From assembly GCA_021613535.1 (NCBI GenBank), contig CP075492.1:1054001-1118000 (forward strand): a DNA stretch of 64,000 nucleotides, given 5' to 3'. Shown in pieces: positions 1 to 12,090 of the stretch (its first letter is position 1; each line of letters opens with the position of its first letter). The DNA comes from Adineta vaga. Its lineage: Eukaryota > Animalia > Rotifera. The translations under genes and the position numbers were made by a program. The notes under the pieces were generated by a model. That model saw nothing but the letters and a program-made list of their open reading frames with translations. It was not told the DNA's origin and ran no database searches.

Positions 1-2
1 GC

Positions 3-249
3 TGAGGGTGTGGGTGTGGGTGGGTGTGGTGTGGGTGTGGGTGTGGGTGTGGGTGTGGGTGGGTGTGGGTGTGGATGTGGGTGAGGGTGTGGGTGTGTGT
101 GGGTGTGGGTGTGTGTGGGTGTGGGTGTGTGTGGGTGTGGGTGTGTCTATGCGGTCCTCGCTCATATTCCCATTCACACCCACACCCACACCCACACCCA
201 CCCACCCACACCCACACCCACACCCACACCCACCCACACCCTCAAGATG
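3..249. repeat. Telomere-repeat hairpin element, long-arm copy: TGAGGG(TGTGGG)n - 29 nt spacer - (CCCACA)nCCCTCAAGATG
   Basis: G-rich arm 3-145, spacer tctatgcggtcctcgctcatattcccatt 146-174, C-rich arm 175-240, terminal ctcaagatg 241-249. Confidence 0.95.
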
Positions 250-723
250 TTGTTTTCTTAAGTCAAAGATCGACGTATTCTATCCGTGCTTAGGTTTATT
301 GTGACAAAAAGGGTGTATTACATTTATATCGTGACTTTCTTTTTAAAAAAATCGACACAGCCATCGCAGTCGAAGACTATCTCAATGACGTTGCTGAAGC
401 TTCGTAGCTGTATTATACACACAAAAATCATGTTTGGTCTGATCAATGTTCTCATCGAGTCAGATAAACTCAACAGTACATTGGCCGATAAAATGATATA
501 GAACTCAAGACAGTCTGACTTACTATTTCGTCTAACACTTCTCATAAGATCGTATTCTAAATGTCAAAAACTTATTAAATCATCAGTAATCAATCATTCT
601 ATTAGAGATAATACACTTTGATCATTTATTTTATTTATTTAAAAATCAAATCACACAAATTTTGTAAATATTGAAGATTCATTGCAAACATAATACTCAT
701 CGACAATACAAAGAACAAAATCA

Positions 724-1381
724 TTACCAATCATTAACATCGATATCATTATCTTCTTTTGTTACATAAAATTGATTGAACCAACGGCGTAGTTTCATTA
801 CTGGACCATCATTTTTTACAAGAAATGGTGAACGTCTATGTATCTAAATTGAGAAAAAAAACAAACGTTCGTTCTTCTTAAATAAAACGTCGTTTTATTT
901 TAATCTACTTTATTTTCCCAAACAAAAAGATCTCGTTGCCATTGTGCAATCCAATTTCCGACAATATACCAACTTAGAAATCTTGAAATTTTACTTTCTG
1001 CAAATACTCGAAAAACAACATTTAATTTCGTATACTCAGTTGGAGTGTTTGTATGAAATAAATATAATCTTCCGAATTCACCATCGAAACGAAATAATGT
1101 CATACTTCCAGGTCCATGAAAAATAATTGTTGCACTAACTTTAGTTGATTCATATTTTTTACCAAAGATTTCTAACAGTGCTGTATTGTAAAACAAAATT
1201 TTCCATGGTTCTTCAGCAAATGAAAACGATGGCGTATGATGAATATTAACAAATGGTACACGCCATTCCGTCCATGGAATTAACATTTGACCATGTAATG
1301 GACCAAAATGTTGAATATCAGCGGCATTTTCAGTGAATTCTTGAAGATGCATATTTATATTTGGATAACGATATGTGCCTC
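724..1381 (-). CDS. 3' part of Rieske-type sterol desaturase (Neverland/DAF-36/KshA-like catalytic domain); 5' Rieske domain absent
   Basis: ENAADIQHFGPLH iron-binding motif. GT-AG intron 844-908 joins WENK to IHRRSPFLVKNDGPVMKLRRWFNQFY...DW*. Upstream of ~1381 the sequence is unrelated. Confidence 0.8.
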
Positions 1382-4300
1382 GAAAGAGAACGTCCTTAAA
1401 GGACGTTCAGGCTAAAATATTAGTTTTTTCATCCTCCTTCCTGTCTGACGGTGCCTGTTGTTAATCGAACCCCCGGACTTGCAGATCAACTGAGCTGTGC
1501 CGGATAGTAATGCACGCCTCGACCATGTTAACCAAAAATCTTTGGAGAACGCGCTACGCTATCCCATGGTTTCAGACATGTTATAAGAAAACTAAAGAAA
1601 TGAATTACCATTTGTCCAATCTATCCAAGAAAGAAGTGTCCGGATGTATCCGCCTGTCCTGAGAAGCAGATGGATGCAAGTCTAGATAACACGTAAGTTG
1701 ATGGAAGTTCAGTTATCACATAAAATGACATGACTCCTAGTACAATAGCATGCACACTCGGATCGATGCTTACAGCATAAACAATGAGAATTATGAATGA
1801 ACACAGCTTACGACGGAGTTAAACATTAGTCAAGTTAACAAACTCATCGATCAATGCCTACTTTTGTTACAAAAATCAAGGTAGAACGATTAATCAAAAC
1901 GTTACTTGAAATGAACATCTAACAATGTAATTATTTTGTCGGGTTGATTTGATTAATTACCAAGATATCTAAAATCACAATACGTTGTGGCCTGGAAACT
2001 ATGAAAAAGATACTAATCAAAACTTACAATGGCGAAATGTTTCAGAAAAACAATATAGATCAACGTTGGACAATATCTTTTATTGAATTCCAAAATGAAA
2101 AGTCGTCATCAGCACGGACATTGAGGTGAAAAAATGGAAGCTTATATTGACTAGATTTGATGAAACAAATATAGATAACAATTGACACCCAGTCTCGATG
2201 AATACTTAGTAGGCCATCAGTCCCAGAGGCAATCGCCTTTACAGTTCAGGGAGGTCGCGAAATTTTATGGGGTAAAAAATACTTCATTTATGTGCTGGAG
2301 TATGAATATCGCCAGTAAGGTAGGAGATGTGACATATCGCCTTTACAGTTCATAGCAACATGAAATGAACAACCAGATGTACGACGGAGTTAATAGATTA
2401 GTCAAGCTAAAAAATCACAATACGTTGTACAAAACTATGAAAGAACTAATCAAAACTTACTTGAAATGTTCTAAAACAGTTTCAATCGTCATGTTGGACA
2501 ATATCTTTTGTTCTGAATAACCGTCGTTAGATTCAGACAAACAGATAAAATATGTGTGCATTATTTATGACCTAATGAAAATCGAAGTTCATTCTTGTCT
2601 AAAACATTATTACTGAAATGAATTTTATAGCTATTTATGACGCGTCTTGTATCAGTGACTCAATATTGTATGTCTGCTTTCGATGAATACTTATGAGGCC
2701 ATTACCGTCCATGAAAATCGCTCAAAAAGTTCAATCTGGGAGTACTGTAAAATATTTCGAATCAACAAAACCCTTTTTTAAACAAACACGATTACTGAGA
2801 TAGCTACTTTTCAGTGTGTTGCTACAGATTACACACAAAAAGATAAGGACCGGAAATAAACATCGGGATTAATTCATAGATAATGATCGGTTGTCACCTA
2901 ATTTAAAAAAAGAAGCAGAAATCAAAGCAAACTTTATCAATGATACCATATTAATGCACATAGAGCTGATTTCTAGAACTAGTCAACTAAATGTAGAGTT
3001 CTATGCTTGAAAATTTAACAGACTAATTGTTGACTTCTGAACAAACTAGGTATGAAAATCTGCACTTTTTCGTTCTTGGAAAACCGTGACATTTTATTAC
3101 TGAAATGAATAATAAGACTTGACAATCATATTTGTGTGCATTATTTCTATGACCAGACTTCTGTCACTAAGCCAGCAGTAGCCCGTTTGATTAAACCTAA
3201 TCGAAGATATTACAAGTTTTTATTTTATAGCTATTTATGACGCGTCTTGTATATATTAAAATTCATTCGGATTGTATTTCGTTATTTCGCTTCAATCAAA
3301 ATTTTTAAACAAACACGATTACTGAGATAGTTACTTTTCAGTGTGTTACATAGATATAATAATAAAAAAGATAAGGATCGAAATATTGTCTTTTTTGTCA
3401 ACAAAAGCTAAAAGTACTGAATTTTATGAGAATGTTCTTGTTTTGTTCGGTTGATATAAGTTAATCTATGTTAGTTCTAAACTGATAATATAAGTTCGGA
3501 TGGTGATATCTCGATCACACAAGCGAAAGAGAAAAAAACATTTTGTATACTCAAAAGTCATTATCTTGCCTATGAAGCATCATGACAGAAACAAATTTTT
3601 GTTCTATTTTTAGTCTATTAAATAGTTCGACTTGAGATAAAGAATAGCACTTCTGTAAACTATTAATCTAAGAAAATGGCTAATTTATGCCATTGAAAAT
3701 AACAGAGTTAATCCCAAATTTGTTGTTTTTGCTAGTTAGTCACTTCATCATATGACAATTTCAAACACTTATTATTTGCAGAGAATGAAATTTTCACAGA
3801 GTTGAAAAAAATGAAATTATCATTAGAGTTGCTACAAATAAAAATAATCGATTTCTTTTAATTATCATAAAAATCTGAACTATCCTTTACAAACGACAAA
3901 ATATTCAACCAACTTTGATTAACACTTAATAATGAAACAATGTATAATGTCAACACGACTATAACAATTACATGAATAAAAATAGACATCTATTTGTTTT
4001 ATATGTATAACAATATTATCTAAAAAATTTGTCTCACTGGAATATGGAAAATCATTCTTAATATACGACATTAGTAATTTTTTGGCCCGTCTTTAATATA
4101 ACTTCTCTATGGTTTATGACTTAACTTCAGATGAGCAATTCAGCGATATTAAAAAACAACACCATGATATTCGAATTTCGAAACAATTATTTCCTTGTCA
4201 GATATTTATCCATTATCAGATTTGCTTCGTTAGAAACGAAACCGCAAGACTTCAAATATATTTCCGTGTTCAATAAAACATAGCGCTATCGATCATCTGC

Positions 4301-5760
4301 CCTAAATATTTGGATAACACTATATGTATAAACAATTATTATCTCAAGGATGTCTCACTGGAATAGAAAATGAATAAATAAACTTTCATTAGTAATTAAT
4401 TGGCCCGTCTTTAATATAAAATTTTAAACTTATTTGAGAAGTTGCAACAATTTCTAAACTACATCAAGCACAATTTGCCCACCATTGTCTTCTGAAGGAT
4501 TTAACTCATAAATTTGTTGGTGATAATGAAAACCCAACAACTCATGCATCAGATGTTTTCGGATGTAAAACAACATATGCATATTCTTGAATACTCTTTC
4601 TCAGATATCGTGACCATCTTCCTTGTGATCGTTGAAATCATCGAATCGAGAAGAATCCATGCATGTTGGATGATTTCTTATATAACTGCTAAAACATATT
4701 CAGATTATAATTCCTCAACAAGCCTTCATTACATCCGTCACCATAGAGACCACCCCAAAATCACATCATCGAAAACTAGAACTGCGACAAATGGGTTAAT
4801 GTCTTTGTCAACCCAAACCGATAGAGCCATCCATTTAAAAACAGTTCAGAGAAAACGTTGTCTGTCAGTTACAATATTTTAGCAGTCAATGATTTCAATT
4901 GTATTTGAGCAGATATCTATTATTCGATTTTTTTACGTAAGAAAACTGAATCGTGATGAATGGGTTAATAAAGTTTTGTCAAACTCTTAAACTGAGGAAG
5001 AGCGCCATCTATTTCAAAATGTTTTGAGAAAATGTTGTTCATCAGTTACAATATTTTAGCCAGTCAATGATTTTCAATTGTATTTATAGATATCTATATT
5101 ATAGAATGCAGAAATTGTTTTTAATATAACAATGAAAGTAATTTTAGTTGTGATTCATGACATCTTACATATAAAAATATTCCATTGGTTAAAATGAATT
5201 AACCAATGAAAATATGTTGTAAATGCACATGACATATGATGCATGGATTGATAATTAGCGTTTTTCTCCGCGATAAACAGTTTAAGAGTAAGAAATAAGA
5301 TGTGAAATCGATAGAGCTTGCCGAGCTCGATCTGGAACCAGTGCTGGTTCCTTTGGAATGGTGATGGATGCGAATCCGTCCGTGAAAACCCCAGTTTTTT
5401 GAGAGAAAGAGGTCACGTAGGAGATTGATCATAATTGGAATCGAAAGAGCTCGCTGAGCGTGATTTGAAATCATTGTGATTATAGTTGAAATCATTTCAG
5501 ATGCGAATCGGTCCGGGTTTTTCTAAATTTTCGACGCTTTTTAGCGTTTTGAGGAGCAAGGAAACGTATTTTCGGAAATATTTTTCTTGCAATCGATAGA
5601 GCTCGTCGAGTTCTACTTGGAACCATTGTGATCAGAGTTGAAACAATCACTCATGCGAATCGACCCAGGAAAAGGTCGAGTCCGGCGCTATGATATCCTA
5701 CGTAACTAGTGTTGGGTTTTTGCTTTTGTTGCTATCAAACGCTTTATTCAATGTATTATT
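1382..5760. repeat. Garbled, interleaved imperfect direct duplications (offsets ~180-600 nt)
   Basis: Repeated blocks, e.g. 1809/2380, 1971/2411, 2623/3223, 2775/3302, 4083/4401, 4865/5042, 5306/5591. Confidence 0.7.
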
Positions 5761-5781
5761 GCGCTTTTAGCAGCAATAGCG

Positions 5782-6507
5782 TTGATCGTAATAGCAGTAC
5801 ATCTGGCTGAGTTTAACGCAAACAGTGCTGTTTTTTTCATTGTTCTTACATATTGCATGAAATTCATTGCAATGGCAGTAGTCGCCATTGTATTGAAAGC
5901 ACTAGCTCAAGCCATATTAAGGATGAGATCGACAGCTGCCATACTATTTGTAAAACAAGCAACCGTCGTAAAAGTAATGAAAAACAGAATAGTAGCAATC
6001 AATAACGATCTCGCTGTTGGGTTACAACACATTGACAATGTTCTTGTGGTAGTAGGAATCGTCGTAGTAATAGTACTATCTACTAGTGTCATGTTAATGG
6101 GAATCTCTAGCGTTGGCAAAACGTTAGTGAAACCTAAACCCGAAGCAATAGTTGAGAGACCGATTGTAAAAAACGAAAACATTTCCTTTCTATCTGCTGA
6201 AGAAACATCCTCTATCACAATTGAAAAATAATTATGAAAGCAGTGATTAAAATAGTGGAAAAACTAGTAAATAGAATAACTGAAAACGTCGCTAAAAAAG
6301 ATTTCATTTATTGGAATTGGTTCCGGTATTGGATTTGCAACATGGAGAATCTTAGAAAGCCCCGCATTTTTCTCAACGTATGTCAATGCAGGTTTTGAAA
6401 TTTTATCTGGCATTGCTTCAACTATTCCGGGTGTTGGTACAACCTTTTCAATCGCTATTGGCATTGTTCTTGTAGCGTTTGATATAAAAGATGCAACACA
6501 AAATTAA
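5782..6507 (+). pseudogene. Frameshifted membrane-type protein ending in KKISFIGIGSGIGFATWRI...GFEILSGIASTIPGVGTTFSIAIGIVLVAFDIKDATQN*
   Basis: ORF 5782-6231 plus further frame(s) ending at TAA 6505-6507; at least two frameshifts are needed to join them. Confidence 0.45.
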
Positions 6508-7106
6508 CAATTTCCATTCAACTAGTAATGAAAATATTTTACAGAATTAACTTTTCTTTAATGGAACTTTTTCTTGATTGAATCTTTATGAACATTATAG
6601 AGGCAAGAACGACTGAAAGTTGACTACCTCATCGTTCGATAATCCTCCGAGTTTAAAATATATTTATGGTAGTGATATGAATAAGAGTCTATCTCTCATT
6701 AAGGATGGGCGGGTACAAATGCCTGAGAACAACGCAAAAACAGGCGAAGAATCCATAAAAATCCAGCTTTTTTATTGTTCTAATATAGTTTAGAGAATGT
6801 TACGATTGGAGAGAAACATTTCATCAGGCCACGTGCACAGTTTCTGCTTATTCTCTGCTGGTCTGTAAATATTTACGCGCTTTTCTTTTCTCTTACCTGT
6901 ACTTCTACATGTCGATTATACACTATAGAATAAGGGTGAAAGTATGATGAAGGCATCGTTCTCTGACGCAACCGCGACCTCATTCCAGTTATACTGATAA
7001 ATACACATGATGTATGTATTGAGTAAACCAAAGGTCATAATTCAAATTTCTTTTGTTGTTGTAGAGTATTGCACGATTAAAGTAGGAAAGTCTGGGCGAT
7101 ATTAGG

Positions 7107-10100
7107 ATGGAGAACTCGCCTCTTGCCGCACTACCACCAGAATTGATACACCGCATATTTGATTACTGCGATTTCCGAACAATTCTTCTATATGTTCGTC
7201 GTGTCTGCAAAATACTTTATGCCATGGTTGACAGCTATGATCGATTCGCAGTTACAGTCGCACTCTATGCAAATTCGACCTGCACTATGAAATCTGTTTC
7301 TCTAAATCTTCAATCAGAAAAAATTATTTCACTTACGGTCTATGACTATAAAAGCTACAATCCTTCTGGGCACGATATCCGAACCAAATCTATTTTATCG
7401 TCGTTCAATAGTGCACAGTTTACTCGTCTTGGTTCTTTGAGTCTTAAGAACACGTGGGATAACCATTTGGAATGTCTGTTGCAAAGTTTGAGTGACGCCC
7501 CATTGATTTCACTCTCGATCACCTCGTATGAGAAAAAGTATGGTGTAACATGGGTGATGGTCTTAAAAGCAATCACGCGATGGAATCTTCAAAAGTTATA
7601 TATGAGCTTTATTGACTATCTGGAGGAACACGCTTCATGGCCAGAACAATACAGTCTAGAGCACTTAACTATTGGGAGATGTGCCTATAGCAAATATCTT
7701 CATATTTTGCATCAGTTACCAAAATTACGAACGCTGGTCATGCAAAATTCCATGATAAACGAAAAGAAAATACCTGTAACGTCGTTTGCATCTACAATCT
7801 CTAGTTCGTTGGAATCAGTAACTATTGAATGCTATTCACTTGCTTCCAAACATTTGGAATCACTACTTTTACCCATACACTCACTTTGTCATCTGAAACT
7901 AATTTCTACCTTCGACCTGTTTGAGCCTGTATTCCATCGCTCCTATTGGGAACAACTCAATTGCACTCAAATGTCGAAGATAGATCGATTTGAATTCTTC
8001 ATTTCATTTAACAACCAGAACATAGACAGAAAATTCATCGATTTCAATTCGCTTATTGAGGCATTTCGTACACCATTCTGGCTCGACGAGAAACAGTGGT
8101 ATGTGGCTTGGGCGTATGTTCCAAGATCGAATGAAATCTGGCTTTATACAGTACCTAACGTCATGATTGACCGAAAAAGTCCACTCAGATTTGAGATATC
8201 GTCGATAGACGTCACCTCGCGTCTAACTGAACGACCTCCAAATAAAATGATTGGCGACGCTTTAGATCAGGTATGTACTAAAATCGATCGATGAAAAAAT
8301 TGACTGTTTCGTTACTAGCAGTGTTTGATCACAACTCTTAGGATCATTAGTGAAAAAGAATTTGGATTAATTTTCATAGCGATCTATGAACTGTTAGTCG
8401 TTTTCAATTTACAGCTCGCAATAAATTGTATTGTAAATGTTTTGTATGTCTGTCCTGATTTCAAGTAATTATCTATGTGTCACCCATTCGTTCATAGATA
8501 CATTGCAATAAATGTCAATGATTTTCTTTCTCACAGACAAAGTGACGCCATTTTAATTTATACTATCTATCGTATACGAGTAATACCGAAAGATTCTAAG
8601 TCATAGTGGCTCTGAGATACATTAGTCTTTTAGTTTTAAAAATATCTACAACTCAAGTCTTCGCCAACCGTTTTCCTTTTCTTCACTTCATATTGATTTG
8701 AGATATAGCTGATCGCTTCTACTGAAAAGATTCCAGAATCTTATGGAATTTATCTAGAAAGATAATAAAATAACATTCGCGATTTCAACGCACAACGGAT
8801 TGCCTATCCCATGAAGAACTGATATAGAGGTTTTCATTCAATCTTCGTCTCTATCACATATATTTACTTCTTTACACATAGACACTGACCACGTTGGAAC
8901 TGTCTCAAGAAGATATTGGCGACGCTCACACACAATATCTTGCAATTGGTTTAAGAAATAACACGGTGATTCTCATCCTATTTCATGATCTCTCATATCT
9001 TTCTCGTTCTTTCACATAGACATTGACCACAATGAACCTATCACGCAACCAAATTGGGTATGTCGGGGCTCAACATCTTGCTGATGCTCTAAGATACAAC
9101 AAGGTAAATCTCATTCATTGTTCGTCCCAATTCTATTCCTTATCTTTTCTAAATACAGACACTGGCCATACTGGACCTAAGTTGCAACCAAATCGGAGCT
9201 GTGGGAGTACAACATCTCAGTGAGGCCCTACGGACTAATAATGTGATTCTCATCCTATCTCCATCTCTCTCGTTTATTCATAATTTTTTTTATGCATAGT
9301 CACTCACCGTATTGGATCTCGGTAGCACTTGCCTTGGAAACAAAACTTATAAAATCGGAGACATTGGAGCACAATACCTCGGCAGTGCCTTACAGGATAA
9401 CAAGGTAGCTCTGATTCTTTTTTTCTCTCATATACACATGTTCTTTTCTACATATAGACACTTACTGTACTGAATATTGACTATAATGGAATCGAATTTA
9501 CTGGAGCACAACATCTTGCTGCCGGTTTACGACATAACACGGTGATTATCGTCCTATTTTCATTTCGTCCAACTTCGTTTGTTCCATCCATAGGCACTTA
9601 CTACATTGAATTTTGATGGCAATTCTATCGGAGATGTCGGAATACAATATTTTGCTGATGCTTTAACAGCTAACAAAGTAGTTCTCGTCCAAGTTTTACA
9701 CCGGTCATATCAATGATCTTCTTTACACGTAGACACTCACCACAGTTAGTCTTTATCGAAATGACATCGGAAAAGCTGGAGCACAGTATCTTGCTGTTGC
9801 TCTAAAAAATAACACAGTGAATACTATTCTATTGTCATCTGTCTTACATACTTGTCCGCTTCTTTACATATAGACACTGACTACTTTGAATCTTGAAAGC
9901 AATTCTATTGGCGACTCTGGAGCACAGTATCTTGCTGATACACTATGCAATAATATGGTGATTTTCATTCTGCTTGGATCTTTCTCTCGTTGATATTGAT
10001 GTAAATATATATATATATATACGTATCTATACAGACACTCACTACATTGAACTTTAGCGATAATAAAATTGAAACAATTGGAGCACAATATCTTGCTGAT

Positions 10101-10680
10101 GCTCTAATAAATAATACAGTGATTATTATTCTATTTTCATCTCAGAAATATTCATTTTATTCTCTATGCATAGACACTAACCACATTGGATCTCGATACT
10201 AATGAGATTAGGGCTGATGGAGCTCGATATATTGCTGATGCACTACGAAATAACGGAGTAGCTCTCATCCTAATTCCATTTCCCTCGTTCTTACCGTCTT
10301 TTCTACATATAGACGCTTACTACACTGAATATGTCAAACAATTCGATCGATGCTAATGGAGCACAACATTTTGCTGATGCTTTAAGAAAGAACACAGTGA
10401 CTTTTATACGAATACCATCTATCTCGTATTAGTCGCTTTCTGTACACGTAGACACTCACCACACTGATTCTTGAATCAAATAAAATCGAAGATATCGGAG
10501 CAAAACGCCTCGCCGACGCCCTAAGATATAACACAGTAGGTTTTATTCGATATTTATTGCTTTTATATTGGTGTCATTTTCCACATGTAGACAATCGAGA
10601 CTTTGCAGATCTTTCTATTGAATGGCATTTCTTCGGATGTGCAAAAAGAATTGAAAAGACAAGATAATAGAATCAAGTAA
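7107..10680 (+). CDS. F-box-like N-terminal protein with a C-terminal array of RI-like (NLRC3-type) leucine-rich repeats
   Basis: LAALPPELIHRIFDYCD F-box motif; donor at 8271. 12 phase-0 LRR exons start at 8882, 9020, 9159, 9300, 9458, 9594, 9733, 9874, 10035, 10174, 10313, 10452 (TLTTLxLxxNxIGxxGAQYLADALxxNx); last exon 10591-10680. Splicing across 8271-8881 is unresolved. Confidence 0.8.
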
Positions 10681-10989
10681 TTTGTTTATTAATTAATATT
10701 TATGATGAATAATAAAGTGATTCCAAGCTAGTTTTGTATTTGATTTATTTTATCTAACATACGTGATGAAAGAGATCTTGAATAGAACGAGTAAATGACT
10801 CGCTTTATCCTCGACTAAATCATTAAAATAAATGAATATTAAAGAGAGCACTGTTGAAAATATCACTGCTAGCGAAAAATATACAATCTATATTCGAAGC
10901 AGCTAGTCGCGAATAAATCTTTATTGAAGTATCAAGCTTTTGCTCTGGAAGCGCACACATATCGATCAAACTATATATATCAGCTCAGA

Positions 10990-11044
10990 CATTTTGAGGA
11001 TGGGTGTGGGTAATAGTTGTATCTAACACCCACATCCACACCCT
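10990..11044. repeat. Telomere-repeat hairpin element
   Basis: cattttgaggatgggtgtgggt-aatagttgtatctaac-acccacatccacaccct. Confidence 0.85.
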
Positions 11045-11973
11045 GTTTATCATTGTGAATTTCCAACTCACGTTTTTTACTCATTTTTGAAATAAACGGA
11101 ATGAAATAAAATATCGTTTACTATTTACATATTCACAAAAAATACGAATGATGAAATACATATCAAAACATGATGATACAGCATGGAATCTTCTCCGATA
11201 AAAAACAGGCGATGGTTATTCTCGTCTTTAGAATATCAATAAACCATTTTGACAAAAAAAAAAGGAAAATAATATGTATAGATGAGTCACGTTCGGTTGC
11301 TCTTTTACTACTGATAAACGAGAAAATCCAGACGATATTAGTTTATTCATATTGAGTGAACAATATCGCTTGGATAAAAACTATTGATTATACTAGATAG
11401 ACATGTTCATTATCGGAGAATATTTTTCAATCAAGAGAAGCAATTAACATTAGGAATCATTTCGAAATAAGAACAAAAGAGGAAAAACTCTTTCTGTATC
11501 TTTATTTACGAAAAATATGAATTTTGATGTAATGACAATCGATAAATTACCTAAAATTTGATCTCTAACACCATTTAGAAGTCTGTTAAACTATTCTTAA
11601 TTATAGAAATAATTCTATACATTATTGCTGAACACTAATGGATTCAATCTCTATTTAATCTTAATATGTATTCGATTGATATTTTCAGATGATGAAAATA
11701 AAATTGATAAAATAACAACATTTGAGAATAAAAACAAGAAGATCATGTTTGAATAATAATTTATTGTCTTATCTTATCTAAGATATATATTTTGAATTAA
11801 TAAGATGAAACAATTCTATAGATATAAAAATATCAATCAAGAAAGAATACTGCGATACTTCAACGTATTGCAACGGAGACCGCCGGTCTTATATAACTCT
11901 ATACTATTGAGAACAAATTGAAATTATTGATCCAATGTAAATTATTCGAGTGGGTACTATTTTTAATAAGAAA

Positions 11974-11998
11974 ATCTTGAGGGTGTGGGGGTGTGAGT
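11974..11998. repeat. Half (left arm only) telomere-repeat hairpin element
   Basis: atcttgagggtgtgggggtgtgagt. Confidence 0.75.
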
Positions 11999-12090
11999 AT
12001 CGTTTCAAGTTCTAATTTTTTTTTTCTTATTATTATTTTTAATTGACAAAAAAAATTAAAATAATTATAGTTTTCAAAAGTTTAGAATAT

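Noticed and set aside
1-145. True chromosome end (telomere)
   Set aside because: A left telomere would show the C-rich strand on +. Here the G-rich tract is followed by an inverted arm ending in the family's CTCAAGATG terminus.
8-304. ORFs reading VWVWVW/HPHPHP/CGCGCG (also at 23884, 24093, 48876, 49066)
   Set aside because: Translations of the TGTGGG/CCCACA repeat arms, not genes.
4514-5495. ORFs 4514-4882 and 5199-5495
   Set aside because: They lie in the garbled duplicated region and have no recognisable domains.
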